Shown piece by piece: positions 1-12,984 of a stretch of 64,000 nucleotides of DNA; position 1 is the first letter of the stretch, and every line of letters begins with the position of its first letter. The position numbers and the translations under genes are program-made. Source of the stretch: Eledone cirrhosa. Taxonomy: Eukaryota. The stretch lies in assembly GCA_964016885.1 (NCBI GenBank), contig OZ024742.1, forward strand, positions 242,978,001-243,042,000, given 5' to 3'. The notes under the pieces were generated by a model. That model did no database searches. It worked only from the letters and a program-made list of their open reading frames with translations, and was not told the origin of the DNA.

Positions 1-3000
1 GGTGGTGGTGGTGGTAGGTAGGTAGTGGCGGTGGTGGTCGCGGCGGTAGTGGTGATGGTGGTGGTGGTGGTGGTCCTGGTGGTAGTGGTGGTGTGGTGGT
101 GGTGATGGCAGGTAGGTAGTGGCGGTGGTGGTCGTGGCGGTAGTGGTGATGGTGGTGGTGTTGGTGGTCCTGGTGGTAATGGTGGTGTGGTGGTGGTGTC
201 TGGTCGTGGTGGCAGTGGTGGTTATGGTGGTGGTGGTGGCAGTATCTGGTGATGGTGTTGTTGTTGGTGGTGGTGGTAGGTAGTGGCGGTGGTGGTCGTG
301 GCGGTAGTGGTGGTAGTGGTGGTGGTGGTGGTGGTGGTAGTGGTGGTGTGGTGGGGGTGTCTGGTCGTGGTGGCAGTGGTGGTTATGGTGGTGGTGGTGG
401 CGGTGGCAGTATCTGGTGATGGTGTTGGTGGTGGTGGTGGTAGGTAGGTAGTGGCGGTGGTGGTCGCGGCGGTAGTGGTGATGGTGGGGGTGGTGGTGGT
501 CCTGGTGGTAATGGTGGTGTGGTGGTGGTGTCTGGTCGTGGTGGCAGTGGTGGTTATGGTGGTGGTGGTGGCAGTATCTGGTGATGGTGTTGTTGTTGTT
601 GGTGGTGGTGGTAGGTAGTGGCGGTGGTGGTCGTGGCGGTAGTGGTGGTAGTGGTGGTGGTGGTGGTGGTGGTAGTGGTGGTGTGATGGGGGTGTCTGGT
701 CGTGGTGGCAGTAGTGGTTATGGTGGTGGTGGTGGCAGTATCTGGTGATGGTGTTGTTGTTGGTGGTGGTGGTAGGTAGTGGCGGCGGTGGTCGTGGCGG
801 TAGTGGTGATGTGTTGGTGTCTTGTCATGGTGGCAGTGATGGTTGTGGTAGTGGTGGCAGCGATGTCTAGTGATGGTAGTGATGGTGGTGGTCGTGGGTG
901 TGTGCTGGCGTGGTCGAAGCGGTAGTTGTTGTGGTCATGGTGGTGGTGTCTGGTCGTGGTGGCAGTGGTGGTGGGTAGTGGTAGTGGTGGCGGCGATGTC
1001 TAGTGATGGTGGTGGTGGTGTCTGGTCGTGGTGGCAGTGGTGGTGGGTAGTGGTAGTGGTGGCGGCGATGTCTAGTGATGGTGGTGGCGGTGTCTGGTCG
1101 TGGTGGCAGTGGTGGTGGGTAGTGGTAGTGGTGGCGGCGATGTCTAGTGATGGTGGTGGTGTCTGGTCGTGGTGGCAGTGGTGGGTAGTGGTAGTGGTGG
1201 CGGCGATGTCTAGTGATGGTGGTGGTGGTGTCTGGTCGTAGTGGCAGTGGTGGTGGGTAGTGGTAGTGGTGGCGGCAATGTCTAGTGGCGGTGGTGGTGG
1301 TGTCTGGTCGTGGTGGCAGTGGTGGTGGGTAGTGGTAGTGGTGGCGGCGATGTCTAGTGATGGTGGTGGTGGTGTCTGGTCGTGGTGGCAGTGGTGGTGG
1401 GTAGTGGTAGTGGTGGCGGCGATGTCTAGTGATGGTGGTGGCGGTGTCTGGTCGTGGTGGCAGTGGTGGTGGGTAGTGGTAGTGGTGGCGGCGATGTCTA
1501 GTGATGGTGGTGGTGTCTGGTCGTGGTGGCAGTGGTGGGTAGTGGTAGTGGTGGCGGCGATGTCTAGTGATGGTGGTGGTGGTGTCTGGTCGTAGTGGCA
1601 GTGGTGGTGGGTAGTGGTAGTGGTGGCGGCAATGTCTAGTGGCGGTGGTGGTGGTGTCTGGTCGTGGTGGCAGTGGTGGTGGGTAGTGGTAGTGGTGGCG
1701 GCGATGTCTAGTGATGGTGGTGGTGGTGTCTGGTCGTGGTGGCAGTGGTGGTGGGTAGTGGTAGTGGTGGCGGCGATGTCTAGTGATGGTGGTGGCGGTG
1801 TCTGGTCGTGGTGGCAGTGGTGGTGGGTAGTGGTAGTGGTGGCGGCGATGTCTAGTGATGGTGGTGGTGTCTGGTCGTGGTGGCAGTGGTGGGTAGTGGT
1901 AGTGGTGGCGGCGATGTCTAGTGATGGTGGTGGTGGTGTCTGGTCGTAGTGGCAGTGGTGGTGGGTAGTGGTAGTGGTGGCGGCAATGTCTAGTGGCGGT
2001 GGTGGTGGTGTCTGGTCGTGGTGGCAGTGGTGGTGGGTAGTGGTAGTGGTGGCGGCGATGTCTAGTGATGGTGGTGGTGGTGTCTGGTCGTGGTGGCAGT
2101 GGTGGTGGGTAGTGGTAGTGGTGGCGGCGATGTCTAGTGATGGTGGTGGCGGTGTCTGGTCGTGGTGGCAGTGGTGGGTAGTGGTAGTGTTGGCGGCGAT
2201 GTCTAGTGATGGTGGTGGTGGTGTCTGGTCGTGGTGGCAGTGGTGGGTAGTGGTAGTGGTGGCGGCGATGTCTAGTGATGGTGGTGGCGGTGTCTGGTCA
2301 CGGTGGCAGTGGTGGGTAGTGGTAGTGGTGGCGGCGATGTCTAGTGATGGTGGTGGTGGTGTCTGGTCGTGGTGGCAGTGGTGGTGGGTAGTGGTAGTGG
2401 TGGCGGCGATGTCTAGTGATGGTGGTGATGGTGTCTGGTCGTGGTGGCAGTGGTGGTGGGTAGTGGTAGTGTTGGCGGCGATGTCTAGTGATGGTGGTGG
2501 TGGTGTCTGGTCGTGGTGGCAGTGGTGGTGGGTAGTGGTAGTGGTGGCGGCGATGTCTAGTGATGGTGGTGGCGGTGTCTGGTCGTGGTGGCAGTGGTGG
2601 GTAGTGATAGTGTTGGCGGCGATGTCTAGTGATGGTGGTGGTGGTGTCTGGTCGTGGTGGCAGTGGTGGTGGGTAGTGGTAGTGGTGGCGGCGATGTCTA
2701 GTGATGGTGGTGGCGGTGTCTGGTCGTGGTGGCAGTGGTGGTGGGTAGTGGTAGTGGAGGCGGCGATGTCTAGTGATGGTGGTGGCGGTGTCTGGTCGTG
2801 GTGGCAGTGGTGGTGGGTAGTGGTAGTGGTGGCGGCGATGTCTAGTGATGGTGGTGGCGGTGTCTGGTCGTGGTGGCAGTGGTGGTGGGTAGTGGTAGTG
2901 GAGGCGGCGATGTCTAGTGATGGTGGTGGCGGTGTCTGGTCGTGGTGGCAGTGGTGGTGGGTAGTGGTAGTGGTGGCGGCGATGTCTAGTGATGGTGGTG

Positions 3001-5900
3001 GTGGTGTCTGGTCGTGGTGGCAGTGGTGGTGGGTAGTGGTAGTGGTGGCGGCGATGTCTAGTGATGGTGGTGGTGGTGTCTGGTCGTGGTGGCAGTGGTG
3101 GTGGGTAGTGGTAGTGGTGGCGGCGATGTCTAGTGATGGTGGTGGCGGTGTCTGGTCGTGGTGGCAGTGGTGGGTAGTGGTGGCGGCGATGTCTAGTGAT
3201 GGTGGTGGTGGTGTCTGGTCGTGGTGGCAGTGGTGGTGGGTAGTGGTAGTGGTGGCGGCGATGTCTAGTGATGGTGGTGGTGGTGTCTGGTCGTGGTGGC
3301 AGTGGTGGGTAGTGGTAGTGTTGGCGGCGATGTCTAGTGATGGTGGTGGTGGTGTCTGGTCGTGGTGGCAGTGGTGGGTAGTGGTAGTGGTGGCGGCGAT
3401 GTCTAGTGGTGGTGGTGGCGGTGTCTGGTCGTGGTGGCAGTGGTGGGTAGTGGTAGTGGTGGCGGCGATGTCTAGTGGTGGTGGTGGTGGTGTCTGGTCG
3501 TGGTGGCAGTGGTGGGTAGTGGTAGTGGTGGCGGCGATGTCTAGTGGTGGTGGTGGTGGTGTCTGGTCGTGGTGGCAGTGGTGGTGGGTAGTGGTAGTGG
3601 TGGCGGCGATGTCTAGTGATGGTGGTGGTGGTGTCTGGTCGTGGTGGCAGTGGTGGTGGGTAGTGGTAGTGGTGGCGGCGATGTCTAGTGATGGTGGTGG
3701 CGGTGTCTGGTCGTGGTGGCAGTGGTGGTGGGTAGTGGTAGTGGTGGCGGCGATGTCTAGTGATGGTGGTGGTGGTGTCTGGTCGTGGTGGCAGTGGTGG
3801 TGGGTAGTGGTAGTGGTGGCGGCGATGTCTAGTGATGGTGGTGGTGGTGTCTGGTCGTGGTGGCAGTGGTGGTGGGTAGTGGTAGTGGTGGCGGCGATGT
3901 CTAGTGGTGGTGGTGGTGGTGTCTGGTCGTGGTGGCAGTGGTGGTGGGTAGTGGTAGTGGTGGCGGCGATGTCTAGTGATGGTGGTGGTGGTGTCTGGTC
4001 GTGGTGGCAGTGGTGGGTAGTGGTAGTGGTGGCGGCGATGTCTAGTGATGGTGGTGGCGGTGTCTGGTCACGGTGGCAGTGGTGGGTAGTGGTAGTGGTG
4101 GCGGCGATGTCTAGTGATGGTGGTGATGGTGTCTGGTCGTGGTGGCAGTGGTGGTGGGTAGTGGTAGTGGTGGCGGCGATGTCTAGTGATGGTGGTGGCG
4201 GTGTCTGGTCGTGGTGGCAGTGGTGGGTAGTGGTAGTGGTGGCGGCGATGTCTAGTGATGGTGGTGGAGGTGTCTGGTCGTGGTGGCAATGGTGGGTAGT
4301 GGTAGTGGTGGCGGCGATGTCTAGTGATGGTGGTGGCGGTGTCTGGTCGTGGTGGCAGTGGTGGTGGGTAGTGGTAGTGGAGGCGGCGATGTCTAGTGAT
4401 GGTGGTGGCGGTGTCTGGTCGTGGTGGCAGTGGTGGTGGGTAGTGGTAGTGGTGGCGGCGATGTCTAGTGATGGTGGTGGTGGTGTCTGGTCGTGGTGGC
4501 AGTGGTGGTGGGTAGTGGTAGTGGTGGCGGCGATGTCTAGTGATGGTGGTGGTGGTGTCTGGTCGTGGTGGCAGTGGTGGTGGGTAGTGGTAGTGGTGGC
4601 GGCGATGTCTAGTGATGGTGGTGGCGGTGTCTGGTCGTGGTGGCAGTGGTGGGTAGTGGTAGTGTTGGCGGCGATGTCTAGTGATGGTGGTGGTGGTGTC
4701 TGGTCGTGGTGGCAGTGGTGGGTAGTGGTAGTGGTGGCGGCGATGTCTAGTGGTGGTGGTGGCGGTGTCTGGTCGTGGTGGCAGTGGTGGGTAGTGGTAG
4801 TGGTGGCGGCGATGTCTAGTGGTGGTGGTGGTGGTGTCTGGTCGTGGTGGCAGTGGTGGGTAGTGGTAGTGGTGGCGGCGATGTCTAGTGGTGGTGGTGG
4901 TGGTGTCTGGTCGTGGTGGCAGTGGTGGGTAGTGGTAGTGTTGGCGGCGATGTCTAGTGATGGTGGTGGCGGTGTCTGGTCGTGGTGGCAGTGGTGGGTA
5001 GTGGTAGTGGTGGCGGCGATGTCTAGTGGTGGTGGTGGCGGTGTCTGGTCGTGGTGGCAGTGGTGGGTAGTGGTAGTGGTGGCGGCGATGTCTAGTGGTG
5101 GTGGTGGTGGTGTCTGGTCGTGGTGGCAGTGGTGGGTAGTGGTAGTGGTGGCGGCGATGTCTAGTGGTGGTGGTGGTGGTGTCTGGTCGTGGTGGCAGTG
5201 GTGGGTAGTGGTAGTGTTGGCGGCGATGTCTAGTGATGGTGGTGGCGGTGTCTGGTCGTGGTGGCAGTGGTGGGTAGTGGTAGTGGTGGCAGTGATCTCT
5301 AGTGATGGTGGTGGTGGTGTCTGGTCGTGGTGGCAGTGGTGGGTAGTGGTGGCGGCGATGTCTAGTGATGGTGGTGGTGGTGTCTGGTCGTGGTGGCAGT
5401 GGTGGGTAGTGGTGGCGGCGATGTCTAGTGGTGGTGGTGGTGGTGTCTGGTCGTGGTGGCAGTAGTGGGTAGTGGTAGTGGTGGCGGCGATGTCTAGTGG
5501 TGGTGGTGGCGGTGTCTGGTCGTGATGGCAGTGTTGGGTAGTGGTGGTGGTCGTGTGGGGGGTAGTGGTGGTAGTGGTGGTGTCTGGTCGTGGTGGCAGT
5601 GGACTTTGTGGTGGTGGTGGTGGCGTCGGCGGCGGCGGCGGTGTCTGATGATGGTGGCGGTGTGGGTGGTGAGTAGTGGTGATGTTGATGGCGGCGGTGT
5701 CTGGTCGTGGTGCCAGTGGACTCTGTGGTGGTGGTGATGGTGGTGATGGTGGTGGTGGCGGCAGTGTCTGATGATGGTGGTGGCGGCGGCGGCGGCGGTG
5801 TCTGATGATGGTGGTGGTGATGGTGGCGTTATCTGCTGACGGTGATGGCGGTGTTTGCTGGCAGCGGTGATGGTGATGGTGATGGTGGTGGTGGTGGTGG
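1..5900. repeat. GGT-rich minisatellite: homogeneous core ~945-5520 of 69-72 bp units, flanked by degenerate (GGT)n-derived sequence
   Basis: Unit gtctggtcgtggtggcagtggtg(gtg)ggtagtggtagtggtggcggcgatgtctagtgatggtggtggtggt repeats about 60 times. Length variants are multiples of 3. Confidence 0.95.
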
Positions 5901-6233
5901 TTATGAAAATTATGATGAAAAGTTATTATGACAACGACAACGACGATGATAATGAAAATGGCCATGAAGATGGAGATAGAGATAGAATACAGAAGAGATA
6001 CAGAAGAGATACAGAAGAGATACAGAAGAGATACAGAAGATATACAACTATGTATTTTGTAAAGCAAGCAAAACTGTAAAACACTAACAGGAAGAAAACC
6101 ATCTTAGGAACTCTAGAAAACAAACAAACCAGTAAACAGCAGAGTTTCAGTAGAAATATTTATTACACATCTAAAGAAAATACTGAATTATTTATTTGAT
6201 TTGATAAACTATGTATTTATTTATTTATTAGCG

Positions 6234-6381
<148 letters not shown>

Positions 6382-6388
6382 TATATAT

Positions 6389-6466
<78 letters not shown>

Positions 6467-6484
6467 TATATAATATATATATAT

Positions 6485-6753
6485 AGAATTAGTATATCTA
6501 CCAACATATGTACACAGATGTATACCCATGCTAGCAAATATATATGTTATGTCTTAGTACCCTTTATATGGGTTCCTAGTGTCCGCGCATTGCCTGGAAA
6601 CTTAGCTGAGAATAGACTCCCTGATGACGTAAGGAATTCTCTATAGTTATGTTACGTAACTATATTTGTTCCCTTACAGAAACTAATTAGTTGGAGTGAA
6701 CATTTTAGTAAGTAAGTTAATTTTTAATTTTTAAAATTTTCTTATTTTACGTC

Positions 6754-6760
<7 letters not shown>
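6485..6760 (+). mobile_element. Non-autonomous Penelope-like/retrozyme fragment (family A) with inverted 5' piece, between (TA)n tracts
   Basis: 6485-6560 matches 25689-25760 (antisense part of family A). 6575-6757 matches 26455-26626 (sense part) and contains a hammerhead. Confidence 0.8.
6616..6697 (+). ncRNA. Type I hammerhead ribozyme (family A)
   Basis: Stem I ACUCC/GGAGU, core CUGAUGA (6621-6627), stem II GUAAGG...CCUUAC, GAAAC, palindromic stem III ACUAAUUAGU, GUU cleavage triplet. Confidence 0.85.
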
Positions 6761-6845
<85 letters not shown>

Positions 6846-7029
6846 AAAGTTCTATTTAAATTCTTGGGATACAACAAGCAAATATTTTTATGACTGATAT
6901 AAAGCACTCGACAAGTATTTGGAGTAAATATACGATATTAACAAATGACTATCCCTGATGTCTTCCAAAAGTAACGGTTGCATTTTGAAAGGGTATGTCA
7001 ATATTTATTTATAAAACTGGTATATATTG

Positions 7030-7094
7030 TATTTTGTCTGATGAAAGCATACCATAATTTAACATGGTATCCTTGAAATATGTATAATAAAATA
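7030..7094 (+). ncRNA. Minimal type I hammerhead ribozyme (family B)
   Basis: Stem I UAUUUUGU/AUAAAAUA, CUGAUGA (7038), stem II AAGCAUACCAU/AUGGUAUCCUU, GAAAU-AUGU-AUA. Confidence 0.8.
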
Positions 7095-7396
7095 GATATG
7101 GTTTTATAAATATAGTTTCCATTTGTTAATATCGTATATATATTTATATATTTCGTTTCTGAATTTGTTTAGCAAGATTCTTTATCTGAAAACGTGTGTT
7201 GAAACCGATATTGTTATACTTTGGGAGGGTCATGTTGCCAATAAGAAACACACGCACCAGTTGCTTTCACTTCAATTTATTAAAAATTAAATTTATAAAT
7301 TTAGGAATTTATAAATTTCCGGTTGGTTGGTTCCACAACCAGACGAATGTTCATATATTGTCAAAGTTCTTTCGTCACACATTCTGTGACCTCTTC

Positions 7397-7759
7397 AACT
7401 GTAAATTAAGCCCCCATATTAACTGTAAAACTAGAAATGTAGTATATAGCATAAGATGTACTGAAGGATAATGTAGAGATAAGAATATAGTGTACATAGG
7501 TGAGACAGATCGTAGTATAGGAGAACGGATAAATGAACACAGGCGAGAGCTTCAAGATAGTAAAGAATCATCTGTACTCCACCAACATGCTAAAATAGAA
7601 CATAAGGGTAAATTAGAGAACATAGAAATAAAAATAGAATCTACACACAGAAAAGACGCAATGTTTAGACAAATCACAGAGGCAATAAACATAAATGAAC
7701 TCCAACCAAAATTAAATAGAAAACATGAATGGAACAGCAACATCACAACTTACAATTAA
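7397..7759 (+). pseudogene. GIY-YIG endonuclease domain of a Penelope-like element (one in-frame stop at 7469-7471)
   Basis: NCKTRNVVYSIRC...YIGETDRSIGERINEH...SVLHQH...R..TEAINI...PKLN matches the Penelope/Uri GIY-YIG motif order. The two ORFs are in the same frame. Confidence 0.9.
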
Positions 7760-7958
7760 GGACAAAATGAAAACACACACACACATAGAACAAACAACCA
7801 ACCAGTAACATGTAAATAAACAAATAAATAAACAAATATAAACACACACAGACACCCGGATGTAACACATGCGCAAACTAAGCACACAACACACACAAAA
7901 ACAAGATGGCGTAGGACAGAACAAAGGAGAGGCACAAAAACAAAGAAAAGAATCCCCA

Positions 7959-8001
7959 GTCACTGAAGAGGTCACAGAATGTGTGACGAAAGAACTTTGA
8001 C
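7959..8001 (+). ncRNA. Minimal type I hammerhead in the PLE pLTR
   Basis: GUCA-CUGAAGA-G-GUCAC(AGAAUGU)GUGAC-GAAA-GAAC-UU-UGAC. An antisense copy lacking the 5' stem I strand lies at 7360-7397. Confidence 0.75.
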
Positions 8002-8149
8002 AATATATGAACAATCGTCTGGTTGTGGAACCAACCAACCAACCGGAAATTTATAAATTCCTAAATTTATAAATTTAATTTATAATAAATTGAAATGAAA
8101 GCAACTGGTGCGTGTGTTTCTTATTGGCAACATGACCCTCCCAAAGTAT

Positions 8150-8241
<92 letters not shown>

Positions 8242-8242
8242 A

Positions 8243-9300
8243 AAAAATGAAACGAAATTTCATTTCTCACTCTTAATACGGCTGTTACTTAAATATAAGT
8301 ATGTATACGTACATACATATATGTATACAGACGTACAGTAGTATGTATATATATACATACATGCACACATAGTGGCTGCCAACTCGTTTTCGAGTACGGC
8401 CACTACTTTATATCCATGTAGGAGAACCCCTACCGATGCGCTGAACGAGTGTGACTTTTTAGTCCAGCCTGCGACATGAAAACTCTGGTACAAACACTAC
8501 ACTTGTGACAATTATTGAAACATAGTGCTGGGCCAATGGTACCATGTGACGACAAGTGCAGAGAGATCTCCAGATATAAAGCAATGCCTGTGCCGTGAAG
8601 CTTTTATAGTGAGCAAAGGCACTGCACAAAGCCAGTCCCACTCTCTTAACCAAGATGATATTTACCAAAAAGAAGAACAAGTCAACATCATTGGATACCA
8701 TCAGGGTTGCAGGTGTTATATCAGAGTTTTCCTTCTCCTAGAATTCTGCCTTGACAAAGGCTAAGGGGACATGCACACATATATATATATATATGTACGT
8801 ATCGAAACGAAATTTTGCTAAACACTGTACGGCTTAATTCGGGCTGTTTGTTTGTTTACAAACAAACCGAGCATTATAATAAATGTTCGGTAAAAACGAT
8901 ACGTACATATATATATGTGTGCATGTATGTATATATATACATACTACTGTACGTCTGTATACATATATGTATGTACGTATACATACTTATATTTAAGTAA
9001 CAGCCGCACTAAGAGTGAGAAATGAAATTTCGTTTCATTGTTTCCATCTGTCGTTTTCGGTGCGCCCAGCCGACTAACTCACTCGATATGCAAATTAGGA
9101 TGCTCAGCCGTTAATATGCATAAGGAAAGTATATACTTTCAGACGTTCAATCTTCTGGCAGGAAAGTATACGATGCTGACGATAGTACATCGTTCCTTTG
9201 TCAGTGTTGAACAAAAGGGCAACGATGGTTGCTAAACACTGTACGGCTTAATTCGGGCTGTTTGTTTGTTTCCAAACAAACTGAGCAATGCTCGGTTTGT
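8243..9300 (+). mobile_element. Retrozyme-like element (family C): inverted piece plus partial tandem with 414 bp period; hammerhead internally deleted
   Basis: 8243-8370 is inverted relative to ~8915-9040. ctaaacactgtacggcttaattcgggctg occurs at 8818 and 9232. Homologous to 47660-48210. Confidence 0.8.
8372..8768 (-). mobile_element. Non-autonomous retroposon (SINE-like, probably RTE-mobilised) nested in family C element, 13 bp TSD
   Basis: TSD acatgcacacata at 8359-8371 and 8769-8781. Near-identical copy at 27778-28196. Strand and partner LINE are inferred. Confidence 0.8.
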
Positions 9301-9325
9301 ATGTATATATATATATATATATATA

Positions 9326-9600
9326 GGAACCAGTAAGACCCCGACAGCTGAGCTCAAGCCGTTTCGACGGCTAATTCTAATATATGTATATGTGTGTGTG
9401 TATATATATATAATGAAGGAGGTATGGTAACGAACCAGATTGACCATAACACACCAGAGTACTCAATACTTAGGGTAGTAGAGTGGGTAATAGGAAAATG
9501 TTAGACCTCGACGTTTCGACGGCTATTTCTGGACTAAATAGTTCAGAAATAGCCGTCGAAACGGCTTGAGCTCTGCAGTCGGGGTCTAACATTTTCCTAT
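9326..9600. repeat. Family D fold-back repeat (other copies 21778-22030, 30085-30280, 46365-46432, 48535-48650, 52110-52300; diverged 11310-11420)
   Basis: Shared gaccataacgcaccagagtactcaatacttagggtagtagagtggg... and hairpin cgtttcgacggcta...tagccgtcgaaacg. Copies are bounded by (TA)n. Confidence 0.8.
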
Positions 9601-9679
9601 ATATATATATATGTCTTTATCTGTCTCTCTCTATCTTTCTATATCGCTCTCTCCCTCTCTATATATATATATAAATATG

Positions 9680-9710
<31 letters not shown>

Positions 9711-9729
9711 CTTTCTCTGTCTCTCTCTA

Positions 9730-9784
<55 letters not shown>

Positions 9785-10285
9785 ATGTGTGCGGGTGCGT
9801 GTGTGTGTGTGTGTCTTTATTTGTTTCTCTATCTATCTCGTCTATCTCTCTATCTATCTATTTATCTATCTATCTACCTGTCTTCTCTCTCGTTTTCTCT
9901 TTCTCCCTCTTTTTCTTTCATCTTTCTTTTCGCTCCATCTTCCTTTCTCTCTCACTCTCTCTCTCTCTTCCCCCCCCCACTCTCCCCCTCTCTCTCCTCC
10001 CCTCTCTGTCTCTCTTCTAAATTTTTCTTTTCTATCTTTCTTCTGCTCAAAATAATTTCCTTATTTTCATCGCTTTCTCATAACAAAATTCCTGTTTCCA
10101 CTTCAGTAAACAGTCCCGTGTTCATCTTCATATATTTGTCATTTACATTGCCCTTTTTTTTCCATTATGTTTTCCCTATATTTTGTTGTTGCTATTTACT
10201 ATACATATATATATATATGTGTGTGTGTGTGTATATATATATGTATATATATATAAATATATATATATATATTTACATATATATA

Positions 10286-10570
<285 letters not shown>

Positions 10571-11221
10571 TATGGGTGTGTAATCCCACATGCAATTAGA
10601 ATCTGGTGCATCTAATATATCGTGCGTAGTTTCCAAGTAATAAGACTTGCACATCAATCTTTAAATAACAGATATCGATGATGGCACAGTCTGTCATATG
10701 AATAATCAAAGGATGTAACATCATGTAGATATTACGGAAACAGATCACCTTTCGTCAGTCATTCTTTCTTTCCACTAAAATATTCTTGGCTGGAAAAAGA
10801 AAAAAAAAATCACATAGATAGGTTTCTAAATTGATGGATTTATTTGTCAGACATCAATGGGTGCAGCAATAGCTGTGTGGTTAAGGAACACCCTTTGCAC
10901 ATACTGTAGTTCTGAGTTTGATGCCACTGGGTTTCCTCTCGTGTTGATTGATATCATGAAAGAGAGAAATTTGACAAACATCCACGCACAAACATCCACA
11001 CACATATATACACACACATGGACACACACACATCGACACACACATATATATATATATATATATAATAAAAGAACGATTTGTTATGTCTTCATTACGTTTA
11101 TATATACGAGTAGTGACGCGCGTTTCGCTATTGTCCAGCTCAAGGTTCGATCTGTATCGATCTGGCTCGACTCTGGGATCAAAAGCTCGGACTTGGCATG
11201 AACCTACAGTAACGTTGAAAT

Positions 11222-11283
<62 letters not shown>

Positions 11284-11497
11284 AAGATTCGGTGGAACTC
11301 CTGCAGCGGCAGAAGCACAGCTATCGGGGTTCCGATTTTTTCATATTACCCACTCTACTACCCCAAGTATCGATTACTCTGGTGAGTAATGGTCTAACTG
11401 GTTTTTACCGCTTCCATTCTGATACATACATACATACATACATACATACATACATACATACATACATACATACATACATACATACATACATACATAC

Positions 11498-11689
11498 ATG
11501 GTGGCTGCAAACTCTGCTAAGAGTACAGCAATCGCTTGTCAGATTACAGAAAATGCCTGTGCTTTGAAGGTTTTTTTAAGTGGTGAAAGGCCTTGCACTC
11601 GACCAATCCCACTCTCTGAGCCTCGAAAACACTACCCGAAAAGGAGAACTAGTCAACATCATCGGATGCTTCCGAAGCCGCAGGTTTTG

Positions 11690-11720
<31 letters not shown>

Positions 11721-12641
11721 TACACGAGTTTCCCTCTCCTAGAAAGGTGTTGTGACAACAACTGGAGGCCTTTCACTCATAGGTGAAAAAAAAAAAAGTA
11801 CTATTTGGATGGCCGTTGACTCTGCTGAGTTCCTCCGCCCTTCGCCGGGTCTTGCATATCATCCCGCAGGGTGTCCAAATATCACCCTCCTCACCAAGTA
11901 AGCTTGATGGGGTTGCCGGTTTAGTCGCCGATGACCTGACCACGAGATACATACATACATGATGATGACTGCCCCCTCGTTATCGAGTATGGCCATCGCA
12001 CGATATACCATTATTAATTAACTCTATCGTGCAATGCCTGTGCGTGAAGATATGTTTTAAAGTGAGGAAAGACTGTGCACTGAGCCAACCCCACTCTCTG
12101 AGCGACAGTAGCTATAACCCGGAAAGAAGAAAAGATCAACATCATCGGTAACTACTGAGCTGCAGGTTTTATATCGGAGTTATCCCAGTTTGCTGAGTTG
12201 CCTTTTCCTAGAAGAATGCCCTGAAAAAGGCTAGGGGTCCTTCTCTCCCAGTGGTTTAACCGCGCGATCGGGTGTCCAGCCCGACTATTTCTATGTCCCC
12301 GCGCATATACAAACACATGCACCCATGTATATACACATATACATATACATATGTACATGTGTATATACATACTTACACACTTTTGGATGGCCGTTGACTC
12401 TTATGAGTTCTTCCGCCCCTTGTCAGGTTTTGTTTTTTGTCCTGCAGGGTGTCCAAAATCACCCTCCTCACCAAGTAAACTTGGTGGGGTTGCCGGTTTA
12501 GTCGCTGACGATCCGACCATGCGACAGGTTGTACAGGGTTACATATTACCAGTAGCACTCAAGAATGACCCGACATAACATACATACATACATACATGAT
12601 GGCTGTCCCCTCGTTATCGAGTATGGCCATTGCACGAGGAG

Positions 12642-12645
<4 letters not shown>
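11498..12645 (-). mobile_element. Cluster of (CATA)n-associated non-autonomous retroposon fragments related to the 8372-8768 family
   Basis: Recurring motifs cccactctctgagc, tcaacatcatcgg and cccctcgttatcgagtatggccat. 11805-11945 is similar to 12380-12525. Separated by (CATA)n. Confidence 0.6.
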
Positions 12646-12716
<71 letters not shown>

Positions 12717-12984
12717 TAAATAAATAAAAAATAAAATAAAATAAAAAAAAAGAAATATATATATATATATACACACATACATATACATATATACACACAT
12801 ATATATACATACACACATATACATTAATAACAATAATAATAATAATAATAACAACAATAATAATAACGACAACAACAACAATAATAATGATATACATATA
12901 TATATACACACACACGCGCACACATAAACATATCTATACACACACACTCGCACACATAAACATATCTATACACACACACACACG

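Larger units (their letters stand above)
7208..8157 (+). mobile_element. 5'-truncated Penelope-like element (PLE) with inverted pseudo-LTR
   Basis: 7208-7397 is the reverse complement of 7964-8157 and brackets a GIY-YIG remnant. There is a hammerhead in the pLTR, and the 3' end runs into (TA)n. Confidence 0.9.

Noticed and set aside
1968-5465. 1165 aa W/V/G-rich plus-strand ORF and its shorter neighbours
   Set aside because: By-product of the triplet-based minisatellite; interrupted by TAG variants in the higher-order repeat.
11105-11200. Minus-strand GAAAC-GCGC-GUC hammerhead half (relative at 17845-17930)
   Set aside because: The CUGANGA core is degraded and stem I is unclear. Probably a decayed HHR, but not counted.
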